From contig JAFTRE010000024.1 of the NCBI GenBank assembly GCA_017462385.1, forward strand, positions 48,925 to 112,924: a stretch of 64,000 nt of DNA, written 5' to 3'. The translations under genes and the position numbers were made by a program. Under the pieces are notes generated by a model, which made no database searches, was not told where the DNA came from, and saw only the letters and a program-made list of their open reading frames with translations. This stretch comes from Clostridia bacterium (GTDB taxonomy: Bacteria; Bacillota; Clostridia; Oscillospirales; CAG-272). Position 1 is the stretch's first letter; each line of letters starts with the position of its first letter. Shown piece by piece: positions 18,100 through 27,644 of this stretch.

Positions 18100-19338
18100 A
18101 TGAAACGATTGATAGGCAACGCGGTGGTCGGCCAGTCCGGAGGACCGACAGCCGCTATTAATGCTACACTTGCGGGAGTTATCCGCGGTGTTAAGGAAAA
18201 TGTGCATGACGGAAGCATTCGCACTCTGTACGGCATGCGTAACGGTGTTGAGGGCTTGCTTGATGAAAGGCTGGTCGATTTGACCGAGCTGTTTGCAGAT
18301 GATAAAAAGATCACGTCGCTTGAAAACACGCCTGCTGCGGCTCTTGGCTCGTGCCGTAAAAAGCTGCCCGATCCCGAAAAGGATACAGAAGTGTTTGAAA
18401 AGCTGCTCGCCATTTTTCGTAAATACGATATACGTTACTTTTTCTACATAGGCGGCAACGACTCTATGGATACTGTTGCAAAGCTGTCGGCGTATACTCG
18501 CGGGCATGATTATGAAATGTGCATTATGGGTATCCCGAAGACTATTGATAACGACCTCGTGGTGACTGACCACACGCCCGGATATGGCTCTGCGGCGAAA
18601 TATATCGCTGTCACGATGCAGGAGATACTGCGTGACTGCGCTGTGTATACCACAAAGGCTGTAACCATCGTTGAGATTATGGGTCGCGATGCAGGTTGGC
18701 TTACAGCGGCGTCGGCTATCGGTCGCGATATAAGCGGCCACGGCCCTGACCTTGTCTATTTGCCCGAGCGTAATTTCAGCATGAGCGAATTCTTTGAGGA
18801 TCTGAAAAATATCCTTGAGGATCATCCGAATGTTGTTGTCGCGGTTTCAGAGGGTATTCATTTTGCGGACGGTACATATGTCTGTGAGGGAACAAGCAGC
18901 GGTGCTGTGGATGTTTTCGGACACAAGGCACTTTCGGGTACAGGTAAAGCGCTTGAGTTGGCTGTTAAGGCAGAGCTGGGCTGCAAGGTGCGTTCAATAG
19001 AGCTTAATTTGCCTCAGCGTTGTGCCGCGCATATTGCATCTAAAACAGATATCGATGAATCCGTGTGCGTGGGACGCGAGGCGGTTAGAGCGGCATCGGA
19101 GGGCGTGACACGTCAAATGATGACCATTGAGCGTGTGTCCACAAAGCCGTATGTTACTCGCATTTCACACTCGGATGTCTCCGAGATAGCAAACAAGATC
19201 AAGTGGGTGGACGATCGCTTTATTAACGAGCGCGGCAACAATGTAACCGATGAATGTGTTGAATACTTGGTGCCGTTGATCATGGGTGAGACTGCTCCTG
19301 AATATGACAGAGGCATTCCTGTTCACATCACCATTTAA
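18100..19338 (+). CDS. pfp: 6-phosphofructokinase, pyrophosphate-dependent-type signature
   Basis: GQSGGPTAAINA, IGGNDSM and GIPKTIDNDL. Asp and Lys sit at the positions that are Gly104/Gly124 in ATP-dependent E. coli PfkA. Confidence 0.85.
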   Translation: MKRLIGNAVVGQSGGPTAAINATLAGVIRGVKENVHDGSIRTLYGMRNGVEGLLDERLVDLTELFADDKKITSLENTPAAALGSCRKKLPDPEKDTEVFEKLLAIFRKYDIRYFFYIGGNDSMDTVAKLSAYTRGHDYEMCIMGIPKTIDNDLVVTDHTPGYGSAAKYIAVTMQEILRDCAVYTTKAVTIVEIMGRDAGWLTAASAIGRDISGHGPDLVYLPERNFSMSEFFEDLKNILEDHPNVVVAVSEGIHFADGTYVCEGTSSGAVDVFGHKALSGTGKALELAVKAELGCKVRSIELNLPQRCAAHIASKTDIDESVCVGREAVRAASEGVTRQMMTIERVSTKPYVTRISHSDVSEIANKIKWVDDRFINERGNNVTDECVEYLVPLIMGETAPEYDRGIPVHITI

Positions 19339-19351
19339 CAAAATAAATAAA

Positions 19352-19390
19352 AAACAGCATCGCATTTGTATATTTGCGATGCTGTTTTTC
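19352..19390 (+). terminator. Intrinsic terminator after pfp
   Basis: ACAGCATCGCA-loop-TGCGATGCTGT followed by TTTTTCC. Confidence 0.7.
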
Positions 19391-19464
19391 CATTCATTTG
19401 TGCGTATTTGTTGTTCGTGTAAAGATAAAACTATATTTGATAAATAAACAAAGGAATAGCCGAT

Positions 19465-20883
19465 ATGCAAAATTTGACCGAAAATTACACACAAAATGTA
19501 TCCTTGTTAGACGAGGAGCTCAATATAAAAGACAACTTTGATATGCTGAAAAAGAAACTCAAAGTAGGCAACGACGATGTAACGCTTTATTATATAGACG
19601 GTTTTGTAAAAGATACCGTTATGCAAAAGCTCATGATGCATTTTTTATCGCTCGACAGCCTTGGCGACGGCGTGGATGCCGCTACTCGATTTGCGGATGA
19701 AAAATTGCCCTATGTTGAGGTGGAGGCGACTCAGGATGTTGCCACTATGATAAAAATGGTTATGTCCGGCGCGTCTCTTATGCTGGGGAGTAGCTTTGGC
19801 GCGTGGGGAGTTATAATTGATTCGCGCTCATATCCTGCACGCGAGACAGCAGAGCCAAGCGACGATAAGGTAATGCGCGGCTCGCGGGATGGATTTGTTG
19901 AGACACTGATATTTAATACGGCTCTTATACGCCGGCGTGTGCGAGATACCTCGCTTGTTATGAATTATATGAGTATAGGCAAAGCATCGCAAACAGATAT
20001 TGTTGTTTGCTATATGAAAGACAGGGCCGACGAACAATACGTGGAAAAGCTTAAATCAAAGCTTTTATCCATCAAGACCGAGTCGTTGACAATGGGACAC
20101 GAATCGCTGGCAGAATGCCTTATAAAAACGCGCTGGTATAATCCTTTTCCCAAAATACGAACTACAGAGCGCCCTGATGCAGCTGTGGCACAACTGCTTG
20201 AGGGATGTGTGTTGGTTATCTGTGACAACTCTCCCGAGGTTATGGTATTGCCTACCACGATATTCGATTTTTTGCAGGAGACCAACGATTTTTATTTTCC
20301 TCCGCTAACGGGAACGTATCTTCGTATCGTTCGTCATGTGGTGTTTTGGCTTACACTTGTAATGATCCCAACATGGTATCTTTTAGTCATGAATCCCGAT
20401 ATGATCCCCGGTTGGCTTGCTTTTATTGTGCCGCAGGACAGAGGCCGTTTACCTATTTTGGTGCAGATATTGCTTGTGGAATTTCTGATTGACGGCTTGC
20501 GCATGGCATCTATGAATACTCCTGACATGCTGTCAAATTCTCTGTCTATAGTCGGCGGACTCATTCTCGGAGATTTCGCGGTGGATATCGGATGGCTCAT
20601 TCCCGAGGTCATACTGTATATGGCATTTGTGGCGATCGCAAACTTTACGCAACGCAATTATGAGTTGGGATATGCATTTAAATTTATGCGTATAATTGTG
20701 CTTGTGCTTACGGCGTTCTTCAATGTTTGGGGTTATGCTGGCGGTTTGATACTCGTGTTGGTGCTTATATGTACAAATAAGACGATCAACGGCAAGCGAA
20801 GCTATCTCTATCCGTTAATTCCTTTTAACGCCAAGGCGTTGAAGTCAATGGTGGTAAGAGTAAAAAAGCGTGATGTAGCATAA
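19465..20883 (+). CDS. GerA-family spore germination protein A subunit (SpoVAF-like, orphan)
   Basis: 472 aa. Soluble N-domain plus a C-terminal TM region with the LLVEFLIDGLRMAS...GGLILGD motif of GerA/SpoVAF proteins. No GerB- or GerC-type genes are adjacent. Confidence 0.8.
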   Translation: MQNLTENYTQNVSLLDEELNIKDNFDMLKKKLKVGNDDVTLYYIDGFVKDTVMQKLMMHFLSLDSLGDGVDAATRFADEKLPYVEVEATQDVATMIKMVMSGASLMLGSSFGAWGVIIDSRSYPARETAEPSDDKVMRGSRDGFVETLIFNTALIRRRVRDTSLVMNYMSIGKASQTDIVVCYMKDRADEQYVEKLKSKLLSIKTESLTMGHESLAECLIKTRWYNPFPKIRTTERPDAAVAQLLEGCVLVICDNSPEVMVLPTTIFDFLQETNDFYFPPLTGTYLRIVRHVVFWLTLVMIPTWYLLVMNPDMIPGWLAFIVPQDRGRLPILVQILLVEFLIDGLRMASMNTPDMLSNSLSIVGGLILGDFAVDIGWLIPEVILYMAFVAIANFTQRNYELGYAFKFMRIIVLVLTAFFNVWGYAGGLILVLVLICTNKTINGKRSYLYPLIPFNAKALKSMVVRVKKRDVA

Positions 20884-20899
20884 AAGAACGCGATGTAAA

Positions 20900-20938
20900 G
20901 GGGCTGTCTCAAATTTTCAATCTGAGACAGCCTCTTTT
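20900..20938. terminator. Bidirectional intrinsic terminator
   Basis: GGGGCTGTCTCA-AATTTTCAATC-TGAGACAGCCTC followed by TTTT. It overlaps the stop codon of the convergent UDG gene. Confidence 0.65.
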
Positions 20939-21491
20939 ACTGTAATTCATTGAGCTTTTGTTTTATAACTTTCATGTCCCGCAACATTTCCTCGTTTTTG
21001 CGCGGATCGCGAAGAAGAGCGGCGGGGTGATATACTGCCGTCATTAAAAAATTACCTTTTTCTACCCATGTGCCGTGCTCGCGTGTTATCTTATAGTCCG
21101 GTTTGATCAGCCTCATTGCCGATATGCGCCCGAGACAGACGATAATTTTAGGTTTTATCGTTCGCACCTGTTCGCGCAGATATCCAATGCACGCATCTTC
21201 CTCGGCGGGGAGAGGGTCACGGTTTTTGGGCGGACGACATTTTAATATATTTGCTATGTATACGTCCGACCGATCGATATCCACTGCGAAAAGAAATTTG
21301 TCCAGTAGCTGACCCGCGCGCCCGACAAACGGTGTTCCGCTGAGATCCTCTTGTTCTCCCGGTGCTTCTCCGACGAACATGAGCTGCGCATTCGGATTTC
21401 CCACGCCGAAAACACAGTTGGTGCGTGTTTGATGAAGAGGGCAGGCGGTGCAGTTCTTGCATGTGTCATATATTTGCTGTAGCTTATCCAT
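20937..21491 (-). CDS. Uracil-DNA glycosylase, family 4
   Basis: C..C..C Fe-S motif ([10 protein letters not shown]) and [23 protein letters not shown]. The Met at MDKLQQ is preferred as the start. Confidence 0.88.
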   Translation of the reverse strand: MDKLQQIYDTCKNCTACPLHQTRTNCVFGVGNPNAQLMFVGEAPGEQEDLSGTPFVGRAGQLLDKFLFAVDIDRSDVYIANILKCRPPKNRDPLPAEEDACIGYLREQVRTIKPKIIVCLGRISAMRLIKPDYKITREHGTWVEKGNFLMTAVYHPAALLRDPRKNEEMLRDMKVIKQKLNELQ

Positions 21492-21557
21492 ATTGACGGC
21501 GCCTTTCTTTGGGTTTTTGATTATTATATCAAAAAACGCGCCGAATATCAATAGTTT

Positions 21558-22151
21558 TCAGAAAACTGACAGCGTTTCCACCGCACACTTTTTGCAAAGC
21601 GTTTTTCCGTGTTCTTTTATGTAAGAAGAAAGACTGTCTGTTTCTGCCGTCTTGCCGAATTCGTTCATTATTCCGTACAGATATGAATTGTCAATACTGT
21701 CATCCGGGGTAAGGAACAAGTAGCACAGACCGTTTTCGTCTATCCATGCGTCGCTTGACGGCGGAACCTTGGAGGAGCCGATTAATCTGCATGCGGCTAT
21801 CATGTTGTGCAGTGAATCGAAAACAAATACGTGTGCTTTTTTATGCTTTGATGCCGAGCCTGCGGATGAGCACTTGAATTTTTTTCGGTCTTCGGCGGAA
21901 CATAAAAGCCCTACTTTGGTCACATACATTTCACATCCGCCTTCTTTGGACGGGTATAGCTGTATGAACACACGGTCGCTGGCGGCGTCAAATCCGGTAC
22001 GGTGTTTGGCTTCGTCCAGTATGCTCCAAAATGCACGGCGAGTCTCGGTGTTGTCGTAGTTTGCGCAGTTGCAATCCAGTTCATAGTGCACCATGTCCTC
22101 TTCGGTGAGCATAATTTTTAGCTTTGTGTCATTTATCAGAATAAGTTCCAT
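21558..22151 (-). CDS. mecA: Adaptor protein MecA
   Basis: MELILINDTKLKIMLTEEDM N-terminus typical of MecA. 197 aa. Confidence 0.8.
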   Translation of the reverse strand: MELILINDTKLKIMLTEEDMVHYELDCNCANYDNTETRRAFWSILDEAKHRTGFDAASDRVFIQLYPSKEGGCEMYVTKVGLLCSAEDRKKFKCSSAGSASKHKKAHVFVFDSLHNMIAACRLIGSSKVPPSSDAWIDENGLCYLFLTPDDSIDNSYLYGIMNEFGKTAETDSLSSYIKEHGKTLCKKCAVETLSVF

Positions 22152-22250
22152 CTTAATTCTCCCTTAATAATGGTTATCTATAAATAATTATAAGCCATAT
22201 GAAAGAAAAATGTAACCCCTAAAATAATGGAAAATGAATTGGTATGTGCA

Positions 22251-22279
22251 TTGACGAAAGGCAGAAAATGTGGTAATAT
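22251..22279 (+). promoter_or_regulatory. Putative sigma-A promoter for the helicase gene
   Basis: TTGACG, 17 nt, TAATAT, with TG at the extended -10 position (TGGTAATAT). Confidence 0.45.
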
Positions 22280-22309
22280 TAATTATCGCTCAATATGGGA
22301 GGACTGACT

Positions 22310-24646
22310 GTGAGATACAACAGATATACTCATGAAGCAGAGCTCACTGTCAGTGATCTCTGCGATCGGGGTCATGACGATACACGTGCGCGCGAGCTTG
22401 CCGAGTTGTGCGGCTATATGAAAGACAGAAATTTGCTTTCCAATTCTCTGTGTTTTAAATATGAACACGGGGACATGAAATATTCAATATCGCTTGAATG
22501 CGTGACGCATGATGAGGCGCTTTGTGAATTTGTAATCGATGACGGTGCAGGGCGTACTCCTTCGCCCGGAGCACACGCGCAGATAGCCGCTTTTGTGCTT
22601 TGCAGTATGCGAAAGACAGATGACATAGTAATAGAAACCGTTGTGGCGAGCATTGACGGCTCGTCGTATAATATTGTTACCAGACGCAAAACATTTGCCG
22701 CGCTGGAGTCATATTTTTGGCGTAGACTTGAACAGACGGTTCCCGTTGCCGCAATGTTGCGTGAGCGCGTAGAGACAGTTTTGCCGAGGAGCGCTCATGT
22801 TGTATTCCCGTATGCTACACTGCGCCGCGGACAAAAGCTTATGATGAGCGAATGCTATGAGGCTATGTCGCGCGGCAGGAGGCTGTTTGTGCAGGCACCT
22901 ACGGGTATAGGAAAAACTCTATCGGCACTGTATCCGGCAGTCAAGTTCTTGGGAAACGGCAAGTGTGACAAAATTTTTTATCTGACAGCCAAAGGAAGCA
23001 CACAGGCTGAGGCATATCGCGCGGCAGGCTTACTGTTTGAATCGGGTGCTCCTATTCGCACTATCGTAATATCCGCAAAAGAACAAATATGTCCCATGCG
23101 CGAGCATATGGCGGACGGTATGTGTGATGTAAGACGGTGTCGATGGGCAAAATTTTCGGATTCTCAAATGAGCGGAGCGGTCAATACACTTCTTGCGCTT
23201 CAGAACGGTTATGAGCAAAACATCATAGCCAAAACAGCGGCGGAATGGGGAGTGTGTCCGTATGAGCTGTCGTTGAGCTTGGCGGAGTTTTGCGAGATAA
23301 TAATAGCTGACTATAACTATGTTTTTGATCCGATTGTATATTTGCGACGCTTTTTTGATGAACGTGAGCGTACAGATAAGTATGTGTTTTTGATAGACGA
23401 GGCTCACAATCTTGCCGACCGTGCCAGAGACATGTATTCGGCCGAGCTTTCAAATAAGACGCTGCAGGCGCTTCGCCGTGAGGTTTGCGATATATTGCCC
23501 GAGCTTACCGCACAAATTGACACGGTGCAAAGAGAAATATCTCATTTGCGTGAGTTGTGCGCGGACAGTATGACAAAGGATGAGCGCGGTGTGGAACGTG
23601 GTTTTTATATCAGCCGCGAACGATATGAGCCGCTGGATACTTGTCTTGGTGAGCTGGGGGAAACATTGGCGTTGCGATTGCGGCGCGGATCGTCGGACCC
23701 ATATTACCGATTTATGGCACCTGTTTACCGTGCCATACGCAGATATATTATAACCGCCAATTTTTATTCCGGCAGCTCGATGTTTTACTGTGAGACGGAG
23801 GGCAATAAAATAAGCTTTAAATCCATATGCATAGACCCGTCAGCGGTGCTGGATGCCCGAATGCGTTCGGCGCACGCTGTAATACTGTTTTCGGCAACGC
23901 TGACCCCGCTTGATTATTTTACAGATATACTTGGAGGTGGCGCACAATCGGGAAGCTTGGCGCTGAAATCTCCTTTTGATGAAGAAAATTTGTTTTTGGC
24001 GGCGGTTGACGATGTGAGTACCCGCTATGAGGACCGAGAAAAAAGCATTTCGCGGATAGTTTCATATATTGCCGCAACGGTCAGTTGCCGAAAGGGAAAT
24101 TATATGGTATATTTTCCCTCATACGAATATATGAACAGTGTAGTGAAGTTGTTTGAAAAAAAATATCCCGCTGTTAGATTGCTTATACAAAAACGCGGAA
24201 TGACAAAAGCGGATAGAGAAGCCTATCTTAATGAATTCCGCGCATCCGACGGCATGATGCGGGTTGGCTTTTGCGTACTTGGCGGCAGCTTCTCGGAGGG
24301 AATAGATCTCCCGGGCAGTAGTCTTATAGGCGTTGTTGTGGTGGGGGTTGGCATTCCGGGAATTTCGGGGGAGAGAAATATAATGCGCGATTATTTTGAA
24401 GTAACGCGCGAAACGGGCTATGATTATGCCTATACATACCCGGGAATGAACAATGTTTTGCAGGCCGCGGGACGAGTTATACGCAGCGATACAGATCAAG
24501 GCGTCGTTGTGCTGATAGATGATCGATATGCGACTTCGAAATATGACGCAATGTATCCCGAACATTGGTGCAAAATGAAACATTTTTGCCAGCCCGTTTC
24601 ACTAAATGATGCAATAAAGCGGTTTTGGCACAAAAAATCCCCTTAA
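22310..24646 (+). CDS. ATP-dependent DNA helicase, XPD/DinG (Rad3) family with Fe-S domain and unassigned N-terminal domain
   Basis: Walker A APTGIGKT, DEAH box IDEAHNL, four Cys (ICP, MCD, RCR, VCPYE) between motifs I and II, and C-terminal QAAGRVIR. GGGAGG, 7 nt, GTG 22310 is preferred over ATG 22295. Confidence 0.85.
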   Translation: MRYNRYTHEAELTVSDLCDRGHDDTRARELAELCGYMKDRNLLSNSLCFKYEHGDMKYSISLECVTHDEALCEFVIDDGAGRTPSPGAHAQIAAFVLCSMRKTDDIVIETVVASIDGSSYNIVTRRKTFAALESYFWRRLEQTVPVAAMLRERVETVLPRSAHVVFPYATLRRGQKLMMSECYEAMSRGRRLFVQAPTGIGKTLSALYPAVKFLGNGKCDKIFYLTAKGSTQAEAYRAAGLLFESGAPIRTIVISAKEQICPMREHMADGMCDVRRCRWAKFSDSQMSGAVNTLLALQNGYEQNIIAKTAAEWGVCPYELSLSLAEFCEIIIADYNYVFDPIVYLRRFFDERERTDKYVFLIDEAHNLADRARDMYSAELSNKTLQALRREVCDILPELTAQIDTVQREISHLRELCADSMTKDERGVERGFYISRERYEPLDTCLGELGETLALRLRRGSSDPYYRFMAPVYRAIRRYIITANFYSGSSMFYCETEGNKISFKSICIDPSAVLDARMRSAHAVILFSATLTPLDYFTDILGGGAQSGSLALKSPFDEENLFLAAVDDVSTRYEDREKSISRIVSYIAATVSCRKGNYMVYFPSYEYMNSVVKLFEKKYPAVRLLIQKRGMTKADREAYLNEFRASDGMMRVGFCVLGGSFSEGIDLPGSSLIGVVVVGVGIPGISGERNIMRDYFEVTRETGYDYAYTYPGMNNVLQAAGRVIRSDTDQGVVVLIDDRYATSKYDAMYPEHWCKMKHFCQPVSLNDAIKRFWHKKSP

Positions 24647-24682
24647 AATGCAAAAAAACAAATTCAAAATTGCAAAAATGTA

Positions 24683-24711
24683 TTGCATTTTTAATATAAA
24701 TATGATATAAT
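24683..24711 (+). promoter_or_regulatory. Putative strong sigma-A promoter
   Basis: TTGCAT, 17 nt, TATAAT, with an extended -10 (TGATATAAT). Confidence 0.55.
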
Positions 24712-24777
24712 GAGATTTGGCGGTGTCATTTGCCCGTCAGATCTCATTTTATGTATTAGAATACACGGAGGTGTGCT

Positions 24778-26073
24778 GTGGAATATAAGAGTATGAGTGC
24801 AACGGAGATGGCCATAGAACGCGATGGGCTCATTCGTCGTTACAGAGAATATCAAAAAATGAATTTAAGTCTGGATCTGTCTCGCGGAAAGCCGGGACAG
24901 AAGCAACTCGACATGCTGACAGGTATGCTTGATTGTATATCCGAAGCGTCGGATTGCCGCTCTGAAACGGGATATGATTATCGAAACTACGGCTTGCTTG
25001 ACGGTGTTCCGGAGGCTAAAAAGCTGTTCTCCGACCTGCTTGGCATAGACAAGGATATGATCATGGTTTGCGGCAACTCGTCGTTGAACCTTATGTACGA
25101 CGCAATGGCACGTGCTATGCTGTACGGTGTTGCGGGCGGCAACGGCGCATGGGTGAAGAATGCAAAGAACAAATTTTTGTGTCCTGTGCCCGGATATGAC
25201 AGACATTTTGCCATTTGCGAATCACTCGGTATCGAGATGATCAATGTTGCTATGACACCTACAGGTCCGGACATGGATGAGGTTGAGCGGTTGGTTTCGA
25301 GCGACCCCGACATAAGAGGTATATGGTGCTGTCCCAAATACTCCAACCCCGACGGATATACATATTCCGACGAAACAGTAGAGCGATTTGCAATGCTCAA
25401 GCCCGCATCCCCCGATTTCAGAATTTTCTGGGATAATGCATATGCCGTTCACGATCTTTATGACGATGATCGCGATCATCTTGCAGATATTTTTGAGGCT
25501 TGCAAACGTCATGGCAATGAAAATTTGGTTTTCTATTTTGCATCGACATCAAAAATATCCTTCCCGGGCTCGGGCGTTGCTATCCTTGCGGCTTCTGTTG
25601 AAAATCTTGAACAGATCAAGAGCATTATGGGTGTACAGACCATCGGCTTTGATAAGATCAACCAAATAAGACACGTGAGATATTTCCGCAATGCCGACAA
25701 TATCCGCGAGCATATGAAAGTGCTTGCTTCTATTATTCGTCCCAAATTTGATATAGTTGCTAAGGTTTTGGCGGACGAGATAGGAGACACGGGCGCTGCA
25801 CACTGGAACAGCCCCAAGGGCGGTTATTTTATCAGTCTCTATACAATGGACGGCTGTGCTCGCCGAGCATTTGAATTGGCTGCGCAGACAGGTGTAAAAA
25901 TGACCTCCGCCGGTGCAGCATATCCTTACGGTAAGGATGAGCATGACAGCCATATCAGAATAGCGCCGACTTATCCGTCTGACGAGGAATTGATCATAGC
26001 GATGCATGTTTTCAGTGTTTGCGTTAAGATCGCGGCTATTGAAAAGTGCACGGGTGTCATGTCACAAATATGA
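24778..26073 (+). CDS. PLP-dependent aminotransferase (class I/II fold, aspartate aminotransferase-like)
   Basis: 431 aa. [10 protein letters not shown]-terminal motif and [11 protein letters not shown] (PLP lysine region). GGAGG RBS before GTG 24778. Confidence 0.75.
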   Translation: MEYKSMSATEMAIERDGLIRRYREYQKMNLSLDLSRGKPGQKQLDMLTGMLDCISEASDCRSETGYDYRNYGLLDGVPEAKKLFSDLLGIDKDMIMVCGNSSLNLMYDAMARAMLYGVAGGNGAWVKNAKNKFLCPVPGYDRHFAICESLGIEMINVAMTPTGPDMDEVERLVSSDPDIRGIWCCPKYSNPDGYTYSDETVERFAMLKPASPDFRIFWDNAYAVHDLYDDDRDHLADIFEACKRHGNENLVFYFASTSKISFPGSGVAILAASVENLEQIKSIMGVQTIGFDKINQIRHVRYFRNADNIREHMKVLASIIRPKFDIVAKVLADEIGDTGAAHWNSPKGGYFISLYTMDGCARRAFELAAQTGVKMTSAGAAYPYGKDEHDSHIRIAPTYPSDEELIIAMHVFSVCVKIAAIEKCTGVMSQI

Positions 26074-27041
26074 AAATAACGCAGGCGCAGACCAATCCAT
26101 TTCGGTATAGTGATACAAATAAGCGATACTACACATACGACTATTATTTAAAAAACACCTTTGGTGTTAAGTGCGCCAAGCTTCCTATAGATGCGGGCTT
26201 CACGTGCCCCAATATCGATGGCAGATGTGGGCGAGGCGGGTGTATTTATTGCTCTTCGCGGGGGAGCGGCGATTTTGCCGGTCCCCCCGACCTGTCTGTG
26301 GCAGAGCAGTTGAGCGTTGCTGCGGAACGGTTGGCGTCGAAGTGGTCGACGGGCAAGTATATAGCTTATTTTCAAGCGCACACCAATACTTACGCGCCGC
26401 TTGATGTCTTGCGTGACAAATATTCCGAAGCGCTGGCTTATCCCGGCATAGTCGGGCTGAATATAGCTACGCGGGCAGATTGCTTGGATAATGACACGGT
26501 CAAATATCTCGCCGAGCTTTCGGAGCAAACTGTTTTGACGGTGGAGCTGGGATTGCAAACCGTGCATGACAGCACTGCAAAGCTCATCAACCGTGGGCAT
26601 ACATTCGAGCAATTTGTCTCCGGCTACGAAAAATTGCGCGGGGCGGGTGGAAAAATAAACATCTGTATTCATACTATTTTAGGACTTCCGGGCGAAGACG
26701 ATCATATGATGGAATGTACCGCACGAGAGGTTGCCAAGCTGCATCCCGATCAGATAAAATTGCATCTGTTGCATGTTTTGCGAGATACAAGGCTTGGGGA
26801 GATGTATTTGTCGGGCGAGTATCAACCGCTTGAGCGTGAACGCTATATTCGGTTGGCGGTCAGAACGCTGGAGCTTTTGCCTGACGATGTTGTTATAGCG
26901 CGATTGACGGGAGACGGTGCGCCAAATGATCTTCTTGCTCCGGACTGGAGTAGGAGAAAAACTACGGTTATCAACGATATAGACAAAATGCTGTATGCTC
27001 GGGGCAGTATGCAGGGGATGGATTATAAACAGTCACAGTGA
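26070..27041 (+). CDS. TIGR01212-family radical SAM protein (YhcC-like)
   Basis: [22 protein letters not shown] cluster motif. ATG 26070 overlaps the upstream stop (ATGA). Confidence 0.85.
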   Translation: MKITQAQTNPFRYSDTNKRYYTYDYYLKNTFGVKCAKLPIDAGFTCPNIDGRCGRGGCIYCSSRGSGDFAGPPDLSVAEQLSVAAERLASKWSTGKYIAYFQAHTNTYAPLDVLRDKYSEALAYPGIVGLNIATRADCLDNDTVKYLAELSEQTVLTVELGLQTVHDSTAKLINRGHTFEQFVSGYEKLRGAGGKINICIHTILGLPGEDDHMMECTAREVAKLHPDQIKLHLLHVLRDTRLGEMYLSGEYQPLERERYIRLAVRTLELLPDDVVIARLTGDGAPNDLLAPDWSRRKTTVINDIDKMLYARGSMQGMDYKQSQ

Positions 27042-27058
27042 TTTATAAATTATATATT

Positions 27059-27086
27059 GCGGCGGCGCATTTGCGCCGCTTTTTTA
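27059..27086 (+). terminator. Intrinsic terminator
   Basis: GCGGCG-CATTTG-CGCCGC followed by TTTTTT. Confidence 0.65.
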
Positions 27087-27129
27087 CATAAAAAATTCGA
27101 AAAAATTTAAAAAAAAATTAACAAACCTA

Positions 27130-27158
27130 TTGCAATGTTATAAAATATGTTATATAAT
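27130..27158 (+). promoter_or_regulatory. Putative dcw (mraZ) sigma-A promoter
   Basis: TTGCAA, 17 nt, TATAAT. Confidence 0.55.
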
Positions 27159-27167
27159 AATATCAAT

Positions 27168-27193
27168 GTGGTGAAAAGTGGTGTAAAGTGCAC
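27168..27193 (+). promoter_or_regulatory. Putative MraZ operator (three direct repeats at 10-nt spacing)
   Basis: GTGGTGAAAA GTGGTGTAAA GTGCAC immediately downstream of the -10 element. Confidence 0.5.
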
Positions 27194-27221
27194 ATATAAT
27201 ACATTGAAAGGAGACGCGAAT

Positions 27222-27644
27222 ATGCTTTCGGGAGCTTTTAGGCATGTGTTTGATGCCAAAAACAGAATATTTGTTCCGGCTGGCTTTCGCGAAGAGCTCG
27301 GTGAATCATTTATTGTGACGCGTAGCTTTCGCGGCAACTTTCTTTGCTTTTATTCCCGCAGTTCATGGGAAGAATATATCGCGCCTCTGAAAGCCGCACC
27401 GCGCAAGACATCAGAGGACACCTTGCGATTCCTTTATCGCACTGCCGCCGAAGTCACTCCGGATGCGCAGGGGAGAATACTTCTCCCGCAAGCACTGGTG
27501 GATTATGCCGGCATAGAAAAGTGTGCATATATTATCGGAGTCGGGGATTACGGAGAAATATGGTCAGAGCCCGAGTATGTCTTGAAGACCGAAAACGAAA
27601 ATGTTGAAAAGATACGCCAAGAGCTTGAGCTTCTCGGCTTGTGA
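27222..27644 (+). CDS. mraZ: Division/cell wall cluster transcriptional regulator MraZ
   Basis: MLSGAFRHVFDAKNRIFVPAGFREEL plus a second SpoVT-AbrB repeat (DAQGRILLPQAL). AAAGGAG RBS. Confidence 0.92.
   Translation: MLSGAFRHVFDAKNRIFVPAGFREELGESFIVTRSFRGNFLCFYSRSSWEEYIAPLKAAPRKTSEDTLRFLYRTAAEVTPDAQGRILLPQALVDYAGIEKCAYIIGVGDYGEIWSEPEYVLKTENENVEKIRQELELLGL

Noticed and set aside
17940-18413. N-terminal 158 aa of the 390-aa ORF containing sigK, which could suggest a giant sigma fusion or an interrupted gene.
   Set aside because: The upstream part is Ser/Pro-rich and overlaps the pfp coding region on the other strand. A GGAGG RBS with a GTG start at 17939 gives a normal-length pro-sigma-K. No recombinase or skin-like insertion is present.
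24698-24711. An identical 14-mer, AAATATGATATAAT, at 24698-24711 and 49906-49919, with a near copy at 40667-40678. Considered as a dispersed repeat or shared operator.
   Set aside because: The shared sequence is just an AT-rich spacer end plus an extended -10 consensus (TGnTATAAT). The flanks are unrelated, so convergence on a strong promoter is the simplest explanation.
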